Shown here: piece by piece, positions 1 to 11,890 of the stretch
How the letters are laid out: each line of letters begins with the position of its first letter
How positions within the stretch are numbered: the first letter of the stretch is position 1
Source of the DNA: Lingula anatina
Taxonomy: Eukaryota; Animalia; Brachiopoda
DNA length: 64,000 bases
Assembly: GCA_051362555.1 (NCBI GenBank)
Contig: CM120647.1
Span: 6,820,001 to 6,884,000 of the forward strand
Direction of reading: 5' to 3'
Program-made: the position numbers and the translations under genes
The notes under the pieces: model-generated
Seen by the model: only the letters and a program-made list of their open reading frames with translations
Database searches by the model: none
What the model was told of the DNA's origin: nothing

Positions 1-2
1 TT

Positions 3-464
3 TTATCAAAAGCAAAATTTGAAAACAATTCCAGGACATATGTGGAAACCTCAACAATACGAGTACAGAAATGTGAGGTACCCAGGTGTGGCACCTGTCC
101 ACTAATTAGAGAGGGGAGCCATATAACATTTAAAAATGGACTTACATTCAGAATCAAACACCCATTCACCTGCACTAGCTCAAATTTAATCTATGTATTA
201 ACTTGCAGTGGATGCGGTGAGAACTATATAGGACAAACTGGAGACACTCTCCGACATAGAATGACCGTTCACAGACAACAAATAAGACAACCTAAATATC
301 AGTGCACGTCTGTGAGTGGGCACATTAGGGAATGCTCTATGAACAAAAACAAGGATTTTACGGTATTCCCATTTTATAAATTCACCAGGGAAACAACCCA
401 AACCGAAAGGGAAATAAAAGAAAATCTATTCATTAATAAGTATAAACCTACATTGAATAGATAA
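3..464 (+). mobile_element. Penelope-like retroelement, C-terminal GIY-YIG endonuclease ORF (truncated at window start)
   Basis: Frame is open from base 3 (LSKAKF...). It contains a CxxxxCxxC linker, FTCTSSNLIYVLTCSGCGENYIGQTG (GIY-YIG), RHRMTVH and RExxExxFIxxxxPxLN. An AT-rich tail follows and ends at a (TA)n tract. Confidence 0.9.
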
Positions 465-554
465 AAGCATTGGTAAAAGTAACAATTAAACACTCATTGT
501 TAAAGACGTCACATTTAAGCCTTTATGACATCACCTAGTAACAAATAAACAAAA

Positions 555-585
555 CCCCCTGAAGAAAGAAAGAAACCGGTCGGGG
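555..585 (+). ncRNA. Minimal hammerhead ribozyme motif of the Penelope-like element
   Basis: cccc-CTGAAGA-aagaaa-GAAA-ccgg-TC-gggg: helix I cccc/gggg, CUGAnGA and GAAA core, palindromic ACCGGT helix III, GUC cleavage triplet. Lies about 90 bp after the ORF stop. Confidence 0.75.
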
Positions 586-656
586 CAAGAAAGTTGCTGT
601 TCTTCTTTTTCTTTTTATTATATATAATATTACTCGTACAGGAAAAACGTTTCCAT

Positions 657-661
<5 letters not shown>

Positions 662-707
<46 letters not shown>
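662..707. repeat. (TA)n microsatellite at the end of the Penelope-like element
   Basis: Pure TA tract seen directly. Confidence 0.95.
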
Positions 708-715
<8 letters not shown>

Positions 716-918
716 GAGCATTTTATTTCCTTGTACCATAGCAAAAGAGATAAAAAAACGAACATATTAAGTCCTCATCAATTTTCAGTTGGTATCAGTA
801 TTTATTCCTTTTAAGATAAGGAAAAATAGTTACATCATTATCTTTTAATAGAGATCGATTCATCGTCAAATCCTGGTATCTGCTATAATAGATAGTTGAA
901 TCCTACATCACACCTTAC

Positions 919-2391
919 CTTTCATTTTCTGAAGAACGAGAGTTTGTTCTTTGGTGATTGCATTCAGTTCTTCCAAGACATTCTTCTGCAGCTGAGCTGT
1001 TTTCATAACGAGGCTCGCCATTTCATCCTGAATTCAATAAATAGAATAAATTGTTCATAAATAAACCGTTTCTTTTTTTAAAATGTTCAGTTATCTGTAC
1101 GGTGTTTGCAACAATCCAAGCAACGAACAATGTCTCTGGCTCTGAGGTTTGTATTACAACTCCCCTCTCCCCCTCCTTACTCAAAAACAAAAATTTGAAC
1201 ATGAATGAAAAATTACCTTTGTTTTGGTCAGCTTTAAATGCAGTTCTTCCACTTCCCTATCTCGTGATGCCAGGGCCAGTGTTAATTCATTCACCTTTCT
1301 CTTTAGATCTGCTTTTTCGCGGGCCTCCAGAATTTCGCTTTTATCTTTCGCAATGAGCACTTCATTTAAGGCAGCAATAGTCTCGTCTTGTTGGGCAATC
1401 CTCTCGCACTTTGCCTTCAAGTCAGTCTTAAGAATGTCTAAAAAGTAAAAAATTACTAGTGAAACATTGGTATTTTCCAAGTTAAACAACATGTTTACAA
1501 AAATCCCCAGCAGACAAATGACATTGATTCACCGTTGAATCAACGTTAATTTTGTTGGATCAACGTTGAATCAACGTAGAACCAATGTCGTTTGCCTGCT
1601 GGGATCGCTGCAGTTTTTGACATTTCTCTTTTTTCTAACGGCAGTAATGAAATGATTAGATTTTAGAAGAAAATTTAACAATGAATGCATACCGAGTTCA
1701 TCTTGCTGCTCTGAAATTTTCTGTAGGGCGGCCGACTTTTCTTCCTGCAGTGTTGCGATTTGCTGTTTTATAAGATTCAGAGTCTGCTCCTTTTCTACGC
1801 ACTTTTCCTCAATCATTGCTATAAAAAAGTCACATTATAAATAGGTTGTTTTACAAATACATAGTATGTTTAAGGTTTATTTATCGAAGAGCCTGTTACA
1901 AAAACTATCAATATTCTTCAGAAAATTGCAAATTATACTTAACTGCATATTGGTCAAAATAATAGATTCTCAGAAAAAAAAAAAAAAAAACATTGGGTTA
2001 TTCAGTATACATTGTATATAATGCTGAAATGGAATCGTTGACTCACCAATGTTGTTTTCTGAATCAGTAATATGGCTTGACATATTTTCCATTTTGTCCT
2101 CAAGATCGGCAACGTGAAGGGTTTTCTTGTTCACGTCCTCAAGTGTTTGCTTCATAGTCAAGAGAACTTGGTTCAGGCTGTTCTTCAAAGCCATCATATC
2201 TTTTCCATAATGATAATATTCAGGATCAACCCTAACGGGGAGATCCGGTAACACTTTTTTCCTAAATAATCCTGAAATATAAAAAAAGACACTATACTGC
2301 AAAACAAACAGTTACTCAGAGCTATAAGAGATATTATATTTTGAAACATTGTTACATAATAGTAACAATGATAATAAGACAACTTACCCAT
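919..2391 (-). CDS. Multi-exon coiled-coil protein of unknown family (3' end not resolved)
   Basis: Exons 2391-2388 (ATGG), 2271-2047, 1818-1693, 1437-1217 and 1027-919 splice in phase with GT-AG: MGLFRKKVLPD...LKNSLNQVLLTMKQTLEDV...AMIEEKCVEKEQTL...DILKTDLKAKCE...DEMASLVMKTAQLQ. Rich in heptad E/K/L/Q. A second ATGG exon lies at 3426-3423. Confidence 0.75.
1506..1603. mobile_element. Short MITE with CCCAGCAG termini (EnSpm/CACTA-like)
   Basis: CCCAGCAGACAAATGACATTG...CAATGTCGTTTGCCTGCTGGG inverted ends, with internal repeats of CGTTGAATCAACG. Confidence 0.7.
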
Positions 2392-2490
2392 CGTCAGATT
2401 TTATCTATCTGTTCATATCTCCGTAGTAACATGAACGTTTGGTTGATAAGAGAGTGACGTCATTATGTCTATGACGCAACACAGCGACGG
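2380..2490 (-). promoter_or_regulatory. First exon/promoter copy 1 with X-box-like and CRE motifs
   Basis: ATCTCCGTAGTAAC at 2417-2430 resembles an RFX X-box; TGACGTCA at 2455-2462; ATGG|GTAAG donor. Confidence 0.55.
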
Positions 2491-2767
2491 CGTCATGTTA
2501 AATACAAGGAGTCTTCACACAAGGAAAATAAGCTCTGTTGCGTAGTTTTACGCCAAACCCTCAGTTAATGTATGGGCTTTATGCTTTAAAACAATTAATC
2601 CCTAGTATTTTACATCAGTATCATTTAGTTAAATGTATCCTATTCGAGATTTCCGAGTCCCAGAATAAGAGGCAAATTTCTTCTACTCACAATAAAGCAT
2701 CGAACTCATCATCTCTGCACTTAGATTCGATGGTTTATACTAATTCTTATTTAAAAATCCAGTTCTA

Positions 2768-2982
2768 GGCTCTATTCCCATAGGTTTTAGATCGATCTAT
2801 CCCCGCGGGGAGTCTCACTAGATTACTTTCAGATAATCCGACTTAAATGTCGGTCCCGCCTACTACAAGCTGTAAGGGGGTAATTAACTTTCGTGTCCGC
2901 CCGGCTGACAGCTATTTAGCGTGAACCCCCAGGGAGTTAGGTCGATCTAAAGTAGGTCGATCTAATCTATGGAAATGGGGTG
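2768..2982. mobile_element. Harbinger/Tourist-like MITE, family A copy 1
   Basis: About 215 bp, clearly homologous to 8081-8292 and (reversed) 46898-47117. ATTCC...GGAAATG inverted ends and GATCGATC subterminal motifs. Confidence 0.8.
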
Positions 2983-3414
2983 TTAGATGTCTGGCAAGAC
3001 ATTTAGACAGCATATTATACCTGTTCAAATATTCAGTCCATTTACATAATTAAAGAAGAGTACGTTTATTTTCATATATGGAAATTTCCTCTAGGGATAG
3101 AACAAAACTAGATGTTTGTAAAAAGTTTTTATTTTCCGCTTTTTAAACAAAATGGGTGCACACATTTTAAAAAAGTTCTATATAAAATGCGGAACCTACG
3201 TATTTTAATTTATTTTATATTAATTTTGTATTCCTGCACGCAATCCATTTCTCATTTCTAACTCCCTTTCTTCATTACCACTCACTATCTCACCAAAATA
3301 TGCACATTCTTTGCCATCAAGGCCTTTCGCAAAACAACCAGCAATTCAGAGCTCTTGACTGACAAGTCTAAAATTATATTTCTACGGTTACATGAAACAG
3401 AATAAAAGAAAAAA

Positions 3415-3525
3415 CAACTTACCCATTGTCAGATTTTATCTGTCTGTTCATATCTCCGTAGCAACATGAACATTCGGTTGATAGGAGAATGACGTCATTC
3501 TATTTATGACGCAACACAACGATAG
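3415..3525 (-). promoter_or_regulatory. First exon/promoter copy 2 (duplicate of 2380-2490)
   Basis: Same block with ATCTCCGTAGCAAC (3452-3465), TGACGTCA (3490-3497) and ATGG|GTAAG all retained. Confidence 0.55.
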
Positions 3526-4060
3526 CCCCATGCAAAATAATTGCCTTCTTCAAAGACAATAATAGCACATGTAGGACTAATACTAAGTAACCGTATTGGT
3601 CAATGTAGAATGAAAGTTTTTAGTTTTAATGCCACGACCATTTCCCCACACTCCCATTTTACCCCGGGTTTTCTGAAAAAAAAAAAAATTTTTTTCTGCT
3701 TCATCGGATGTACCCGGTATGTGCCTTTTACTTGTCTTTCAGCCGGCGTCTAGGGGCTAGCATATAGTGTAATATCTAACAACTAACAGCTGCCCTCCTC
3801 CCCACCTCCCCCCCTCCCCCCCCTCCCCCCCATCGATCTTTCTGTGTCCTCAACGTCCCCGCGCCCGCAACGTTACTAAGGTGATTTTTTTCAGAAAACA
3901 AAGGGGGGGGGGGGGGTACATGTAGGACCCCCCTGACCCCTCCCCTAAATCCGCCACTGGATAGGTCTACTCTCAAGAAACAACATCATGATATTGCGCG
4001 CGAGAAAGTCCCCACGATGTTACACCGTTATACCCCTCAAGGGGTTTTTGCATGATGATT

Positions 4061-4097
<37 letters not shown>

Positions 4098-4329
4098 CCA
4101 TTAGTTGTTGGGGGAGGGGGTGATAGGCGTAATTTATAGGTATCACTTGTAGGCATGTAACGTTTTAGGCTATAAAAAAGCGTTTTTCGTTAAAATTCAT
4201 GTTCCATATGCCGCATTTTAGCAGTTGGGAGTAACGTTGTCTGTGTGTGTGTGTATGTGTGTGGGGGGGGGGGGGGATAACAATGTGGGGGAGCAGAACC
4301 AACTACCAGTAGGCCTATGCAGGGCAGTA

Positions 4330-4740
4330 ATAATAATTATAATAATTTATTTTAAGTCTTAAAGAAAGAGTCAGATTCTAAAAAAAAAAAAAAAAAAAAA
4401 AACATGCAGTCTTATTCTCAAATAAAACCAGTCACAATAAAGATAACCAATATGAAAGTTTTCTAAAAAGATATGCTTTTGACTTTTCTTTAAATTAAAT
4501 TAACAGTTGATTCAATTAATTGAGCAGACTTCAAAGGGTAGGGCCTACCATATTCCACCCCATTGGATCAGCTGACTTAAGGGATGTCCCCGGTCATTTA
4601 AGTGACCTCCCCACCCCCTTTCTTCCGGAGCATCTCTTTCTCGGCCTACGGTCCCCTAATAAAATCCGTATTTTTGGAATAACAATATTCAATCTAGGAC
4701 GCATTAAGCAAGCTGTTCCTGGATTCGATCATTAATTCGT
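4330..4740 (-). mobile_element. Possible decayed LINE (L2/CR1-like) 3' end
   Basis: Minus-strand translation SLKSADPMGWN...FKEKSKAYLF resembles the L2/CR1 ORF2 C-terminus (WNxLP...FKxxLKxYLF), with stops, followed by an AATAAA/(ATT) tail. Confidence 0.3.
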
Positions 4741-4896
4741 CCAAATACTTTTAAGTCCCACTTAAGGGAAGTCGCGCATATAATACTGCCTCGCTTTAGG
4801 AGAAACGGCAGGCCTGTTGTGCCTGTGGCCTGTGCCGACATTTTCTGACCTGTCCTGGCGTTTCTCCAAAAGCGAGTCGCGCCGATATCCTTCTAA

Positions 4897-4930
4897 CGCA
4901 TGCGCAGACGTGTTACCACAGGACTTCCGG
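4897..4930 (+). promoter_or_regulatory. NRF1-like and ETS/GABP sites in the MIC26/27 promoter
   Basis: CGCATGCGCA at 4897-4906 and ACTTCCGG at 4923-4930 in a CpG-rich patch, just before a non-coding exon donor (GTAAGT at 4972). Confidence 0.5.
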
Positions 4931-5386
4931 AGCGTGAACTTCTTGGTGAAGGTCGAGTCGGAGTTGAGCATGTAAGTTTGTATTTATTGCAAGTTTACCC
5001 TTTAGCAATTGGCATTTGCCTAATTAATTTAAATGAAAAACCAGTGATTTTATTTGGTCTTAAAGGAACTGTGATCAGAAGCGATAAATTCTTTTAAATG
5101 AGAAATTTGATGATTTACCGGCCAAATACCAGTAGCAAAACCCTTTTATGACAATTTTGTTTCTTTTTTTTTCTTTTTATTCATGTAAAATGTTTGATAA
5201 ATTTGTCTCACAAGATTACAGTGACATCAAAACATAATTTATAAGTAAGTGCAAATATTATTAGTGAGTGCTGAGTTATATTTTAATACTCTGCAATTCA
5301 ATCTAAAATTTAAACTTGTGACATTCTCTTTTGTCATACTGTACAAATGTTTTCTGAACTTTCTTAGTAGATTAGAAGTTTTTGCC

Positions 5387-5510
5387 ATGGCAAAATATAA
5401 GCTTCTGATCGGAGGCGGTCTGGGAACAGCGCTCGTGGGTGGCATCACATTGTATGGACAGACACTCACAGAGAAACAGGAGAAAAGAACGACTGTATTA
5501 AAACCAGACC

Positions 5511-5564
<54 letters not shown>

Positions 5565-7238
5565 CCAATAAGGGGGTGGGTGGGGTCCATTGGGTCACAT
5601 GTACCCTTAAGCTATGGAGGCATACCCTTTTCTCCCCCACCCACCAAAAATAAATAAATAAATTATAAACAAGTAAATGAAAGAAAAAATAATAAAAGAA
5701 AAAAAAAGGGAATTATAAAACCAAAAGTAAATAAATAAATTTATAAACAAATAAATAAAAGAAAAAATAACAAAAGAAAAGGAATTACAAAAGCAAAATT
5801 TGTCATCATGTAACTTGATTGCAATTGTTTCCCTCCCATGAATGCCAGTCACTTGCATTGTGTCGAAGACAGTGTGGCACTATCCCACAATGCATTTTGA
5901 GTGCTCCACATCCTACTAGTATATTGAAATCTGAGATCTTCTTTACCTTTGATAAAAGATTTCTAGTCTCTTTATTCATAAATCACATTACAGTTAGCCT
6001 TCTATGAAGTGGGAGCAAATGACAAGGAGTATTACATAGAAGAGACGATAACTCCAGTGACAAAGTTTCTGAAATCTACCAGACTGTCCATTAGATCAGC
6101 TTTAGAACCTCTTAAGGTGGGTAGTGTATGTGTGTGTGTGTGTACGTGTGTGTGAGTGTGTGTGTGTGCATTTATGTGGATGCGTGAATGCATATGTGTG
6201 CTTGGGTATGAATGTAATGCATTAGCACGAAAATTCATGCATTAGCACTCCTATTGACGATTTTGATATGTACTGGCTGTGCTAAGACAGCTAGTATTAG
6301 TAGGCTACATATCAGAATCGTCAATAGAAGTGCTAACGCATGAATTTTCGTGTAAGTAATGCATGTGTGTGGTTTTGTGTGTGTATGTGCATGAATGCAT
6401 GCAGTCTTTTATGTTAACACCAGTGACATTTTGTTTGATACGCATTCAGTTTCATGAGTGCAACCAGATGAAATTCTGTCGCAGTAATGAAGTGGAAGCA
6501 ACTCTGGTCTCTGCATAAGAAGCTGCCCAAAGTGTGATTCTTATTTATTTATTTATTTTTGTTATTTATTTGTTAAAAACACCCAATTATGACCCTATAA
6601 TACCTGGAATGTAAAGGCTTATTACCAATCAATTTTTCTAAGACTACCTTAAAGTTTCTTGTTATTTTAGGATAAGGATGGTGTTAGTATAATAGAGAAA
6701 ATCAGTGACAAGTGGGGGATAGCAAGGGCACACACAGAAGGTAGGTTTAAGGCCCCATTCAGATCGAGAAGAGCTGAGTGCTAGCTAGGCCAAAATATGG
6801 CGGACCTACATGAAAGGAAGACCACTTAATCCTGTAATGGTCTCTCTGCCTCTCACACGGCTCCCCATGTGTCGTCCCTCGACCCGTTGAATTGAGCCGA
6901 GATTTTTTAACTTATCCCCAGCAGGGATGTGGGGAAGTGGGTGAGAGGCGGAGAGACCATTACAGGATTACAGGGAATGGTCCCTGTGAGTGTTGAGAAT
7001 TGATTCCATTTTATATTGTAAAAAGCCAGGATCTCTGTATGCTTTAGATTCAGGAACATGGCCCTGACTGTGCTTCAAATGCAGTAAAGTGTATGGTAGA
7101 CATTGTGCATTTATTTATTTACAAGTATGGTTGTTTGTTTACTTTTCTATGTCATTATTGTTTACACTGTTATGGTGCCAAAAATGATAGTAGACCTTAA
7201 AGAACAGATACAGTGGATCCTGAAGGTAATGACAGTAT

Positions 7239-7273
<35 letters not shown>

Positions 7274-7629
7274 TTTCTCTTCGCAAAAAATCATTTCAGA
7301 CCTTATAGAACAGATAAGGTCGGATCCGGAAGTCAAGGCAAATGCTGGCATGATTGCTGTAGCAGGAGTGGTAGGAGCCTCTCTAGGATACAGAGGTATG
7401 ATCTTTTAAAGGCCGTTCCGCAGTTTATTTCCAATCTGTAATGTCAAACTTTAACATCTTCTTCCACTTTTGGTTTAAATCAGTTGGTAAATGGTACAGT
7501 GACATTTTCTCTGTTTCTTTGAAAAGTTGAAAAGTATGTATTTGGAGGGAAACAAGCTTAACGCGGTGGCTTTTTTATGAATATATGTTGTAAATTAGGG
7601 ATATGGCATGAGAGAGAGAGCATGAAACG

Positions 7630-7661
<32 letters not shown>

Positions 7662-9084
7662 GCACGTGTGAGAGAAAGAGAGAGACATTTGCAATCCTCA
7701 GAAGGTTCCCCTGTGGTTTGGATCCCATTATCCTCCCTTTTATTTCCCCTATAGGTGGTGTGCTGAGGAAGGCAGCCTTTGGTACTACAGCTATGGTCGT
7801 GACAGCCTCCTTGCTGTACCCAGAACGGGCCGTCTCTGTGGGGATCGCAGCGGTAGACAGGATCACAGGTGAGATGCTCTGTTCATATCAGGATCAAGTT
7901 AGACTTGAGGGTGACTTACTTCTGCTACGTTCACACCAGGGATTAGTTAGACTCAAACTTTTTTCTGTAACATTCTCATCATGATTGAGTAAGACTTATG
8001 AGAAACTTTTGCAGCTGTATTTAAACCAGGCTTACCTTTAGCTAATCTTAGGTCTGTTGCTTCACATCTGGATAATGTTAGGGCGCATTCCCGTAGATTT
8101 TAGATTGATCTATCCCTGTGGGGAGTCTCACTAGATAACTGTCAGATAATCCGGCTTAAATGTCCGTCCCGCCTACTACAAGCTGTAAGGGGGTAATTAA
8201 CTTTCGTGCCCTCTCAGCTGAGTTATTTAGCGTGAACCCCCAGGGAGTTAGGTCGATCTAGTTGGATCGATCTAATCTCTGGGAATGGGGTCTTAGACTA
8301 TATTTCTGCAGTGTAGCCATGTATATTGAGATAGACTTTATGTTGCGTTCACATCAGGATATGACTTATTAATTGACCAGATGAAAAATTCCATAACACT
8401 GGTGGTAATTAAAGGCATGAGTGGAGTTTCTCTGGTACATTTATCTTGTCCAGTGGAGGGTTCAAGCAAGGCGGATTTCCACTGAAGAGTAGTTGGCCTA
8501 ATTCAGTACTTAACTAGTTCAACAGGTGGTGTGATTGTGTCCAAGGTTGGATGGACCCAGTGTCAATGGAAATGTGCCTTTTGTCTTTTTCAGATCTGTT
8601 GTGAATATTATTGTCATTTAAAAGGGCTTCATTTTAGATGTGTAGTCGCTTGTAACATTTTGGATGTAATTGTCCTATGTGTAGTACAAAAAAAAAAAAA
8701 AATGTCACAGATGCAGAGTATTGTTATAATTATTATTATTATTATTAATTTATTTTTTGAATTCTTCAGTGAACTTTGGAAAAGGTAAAGATTCATTCAC
8801 AGTAGAATAACAGAAATTGAACCATTAATTAATTAATTAATTAATTAATTTTTTTTGTAAGTTGTGTGTAGTAAAATATTTTTACCATTTCAGGAAAAAG
8901 TAATGAAGTTAAGAGATCTGAGGGAGAAATGGACATTTCAGAACAGGTCAGCATAGAGTTGACTCTGGAAGAGACAACAGGCTCTGCAACAGAAACTGAA
9001 ACACCATTTAGCAGTAGTGACCAACTGGACAGCCAAAGTGACCAGCCAGCCAGTAAAAGTGACCAAAAAGAACAGGATTCTTAG
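5387..9084 (+). CDS. APOO: MICOS complex subunit MIC26/MIC27 (apolipoprotein O family)
   Basis: Exons 5387-5512, 5994-6116, 6671-6740, 7300-7395, 7755-7868 and 8894-9084 splice in phase. KPDQLAFYE matches the ApoO KPxxLxxY motif; a Gly-rich TM (AGMIAVAGVVGASLGYRGG) and a second TM ending ASLLYP follow. Confidence 0.8.
6219..6363. mobile_element. Palindromic MITE in a MIC26/27 intron
   Basis: Arms CACGAAAATTCATGCATTAGCACTCCTATTGACGATT and AATCGTCAATAGAAGTGCTAACGCATGAATTTTCGTG. Confidence 0.7.
8081..8292. mobile_element. Harbinger/Tourist-like MITE, family A copy 2
   Basis: TTA flanks on both sides; GGGCGCATTCCC...GGGAATGGGGTC ends. Confidence 0.8.
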
Positions 9085-10149
9085 GGTTAATAAGGTATTT
9101 TTTTTTTGCTTATTGATTCAGTTTTAATTTTTGATTTGTGTGAACAGGTTAGAAGTTGGGCAACAATTTTCAAGTGGCTGAATTTAATTGCTGTGGATTA
9201 AGTGTAGGATTTTATCCATTTTCATTTTTATTTTGACTATGTGGTCATTTGGGCTTGCTTCAATCAAAATAGAAAAATGTTCAGAAAGCCATGCATATTA
9301 ACAAAATGCATTTTTTCATTTTTTTCAGAATTTTTCATAAAAAATGTGGAACAGACTTCTAAGAAGAAAAAAAAACTGTTAGAGCTTGGACTACTAGTTG
9401 AGAAGTTTTCCTTTAAAGTTCTGATCAATATATCCAGAGCAAAAGAATTAAATATTTCAAACAGGACTAACTCTTTTTTGTGTCAGTCTTTTTTCCACAG
9501 CCACGAATCTAGACTTTGAAAAGGAAAATGCCTATGCAAATGTATGGACAAAATATATCCTGTAAGAATATAGTAGCAAACAGTGAACAAGGCAGCAAAG
9601 CTGTCAAATATACAGACAAGATTTAAAAAATCTAATGAGGCTGGTTTGCCAATCAGAGCTGTATGTCAGTCATTCTTGTATGTTACAAAATAAGAAACAG
9701 CTTTCTTTTTGGAGCATTTGAAATGACAATACACAAAATATTTTTATCAATTTTGATGAAATGTTACATAATGCTTAGCAGATTGCAATCACCATCAATT
9801 TCAAATTATGCACTGACAGTTACATAGGTATCTTGAAATTTGTGACTGGCAAAGGTCTACAGGCCTTTGCATTTGGAAATGCCAATATGTACACAGTTTT
9901 GGAAATGTGTTATTTTCATTGCAATAATTATTACGTAATACACAATTTACTTATTACATAATACATAATTTACTTTCATCTTTAGATGATCAACTACAAA
10001 TTGTTAAGAGCATAAAAATATTAATAAAACATTGTTGATATGTTCAGTTTGCTCCATTCTGAGATAAGGAACATGCCTAAGAATTAAATCTGAGGAAAAC
10101 CCATTTATATACAAAAAAAAAAAACAGTATAAATTCAACAAAAATAAAC

Positions 10150-10610
10150 TAATGAAGCTAATTTTCGAACTTGATATCAGAACTTTGAATCAGATCTGCA
10201 AATTTCAAATCAAAATATGACATGGTTTTCCTTTTTATTTATTTGATGGTGGATAAAATATGTTGAAAAAAAGCGAAAAAAAAAAAGCATTACTTTTGGA
10301 AAAATGGCCTGCTCAGGCTGATTTTCTTACTTGACCTGTATTTCATAAATATTCATCATTTCTGTAAGTTTGAAGACAAAAAGTAAAATTGGTTTTCATT
10401 TTATTTGTATAATGGTAGATAAAATATGCTGAAAAAGGCCAGAAAAAAGCATAACTTTTGGTAATTGTTCTGATCAGGCTGATTTTCGAACTTGACCTGT
10501 ATTTAAAGAATATTCGTTAATTCTAAAAGTTTGAAGACCATAGGTAAAATGATTTTCATTTTATTTGTATAACATTAACATTGCATGGTGACGTAACAAC
10601 AACAGACACA
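10150..10610 (+). repeat. Short array of ~178-bp tandem units (Helentron/HINE-type core)
   Basis: About 2.5 units sharing ACTTTTGG...TCAGGCTGATTTTC..ACTTGACCTGTATTT...AAGTTTGAAGAC, followed by ACAACAACAGACAC. A related reversed fragment lies near 40650-40700. Confidence 0.6.
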
Positions 10611-11009
10611 GGTGACTGCCATACATATAGACACAGATGTGTCTGTACATAAGAAGTCAATTAAAGTAAAAAAAAAAAAGAAAATTTCACAAAAAGTTGC
10701 TTTTTATTCAATAAAAAAATTCAATTAATGATAACCTGTTTTTTAAATCAAGCTGTATATCAGCTCTATTAATCTTTTGAGTTTGATAATTATTAGTAAC
10801 ACGGTTTTCGATAAGTGGTCTTTATGGTGGCAATGTTCAAAATAGGGTTTTTAGTCACTATTAAATAATGTTTAACAGCATAATCGCCGCCAATTTTTAA
10901 CTATGCACAACAGGTAACAAAGATATTCAGGAAATGAAATAGAAAGTTTTTTCTTTTTTTTTTTACTCAACAGTGTGTACATTTTTTCAACGATTGGGGA
11001 AAAAAGACA

Positions 11010-11161
11010 TATTTGCAATTAATAACTATGATGTTATTCTTGACTCAACTTTATTTTTATTAGTAACAAGTGATTCAGCCACAAGTGATTTGCAATTAAT
11101 AACTATGATGTTATTCTTGACTCAACTTTATTTTTATTAGTAACAAGTGATTCAGCCACAG
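11010..11161. repeat. Perfect ~77-bp tandem duplication
   Basis: ATTTGCAATTAATAACTATG...GATTCAGCCACA occurs twice in tandem. Confidence 0.9.
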
Positions 11162-11419
11162 ACTCCCAAAAGACTCACTCTAGCACCTTTTAAGCTATTC
11201 AACTGAAGTCTTTTTACTTAATTGGGTGATTGTGGCCTTAAAACTTTCATTTGTTTACTGCCATTAATTTTTTTCTAAACTTTACTGTAAAGAGACCATG
11301 TTATAAGTTAACAATCACAGCCTTCTTCCATCAAATGATGGTCACCAGTGTTCCAGTTGCAACAGAAATATTCATGTGTCTCAGGAAGTGTTTCAATCCA
11401 TCAGAATAGATCAAATGGG

Positions 11420-11890
11420 CACGCTAGGTCCCTCTGGTGACAGTATGTCTTGTCCTGTACAGTAGAGACCTCTGGTATCATATCTTGTCCTGTACAGAAG
11501 GGACCCCTGGTGTCACATCTTGTCCTGTATACTAGTAGTAGAGACCTCTGGTGTCACATCTTGTCCTGTATAGTAGGGACCCCTGTTGTCACAATATAAT
11601 GTCCTGTGTGGTAAGGACCCTCAGTGATGTACTAGTAGTATCTTGTCCTGAACACTCTAGCGCCCCTTAGTTTTAAAGTGTCCTGGTCCTGCACTAAAGG
11701 CCCTGTAGTTTCACAATACTGTCCTGTGTAGCATGGAGCCCTGGTGTCACAAAATCCTGTCTTGTTCACTAGGGCCCTCTAGTGTCACAGTCTCCTTGTT
11801 CTGCACCAAGGATCCTCTAGTTTCACAATGTCGTCCTGTCCACTAGCACCATCTGGTGTCATGATGACCTGTCTGGCAGATACTGTCCTA
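11420..11890. repeat. Degenerate ~37-40-bp minisatellite overlapping the TMEM60 stop codon and 3' UTR
   Basis: About 12 units resembling GGGACCCCTGGTGTCACATCTTGTCCTGTAC. Confidence 0.8.

Noticed and set aside
515-765. ORFs with (YI)n runs, also at 61731-61984
   Set aside because: They are translations of (TA)n microsatellites.
840-882. Possible terminal exon of the coiled-coil gene
   Set aside because: It would need an intron of only about 36 nt, so the 3' end is left unresolved.
11420-11890. Repeat units of CRISPR-like length
   Set aside because: The units are degenerate and contiguous with no unique spacers, there are no cas genes, and the context is eukaryotic.
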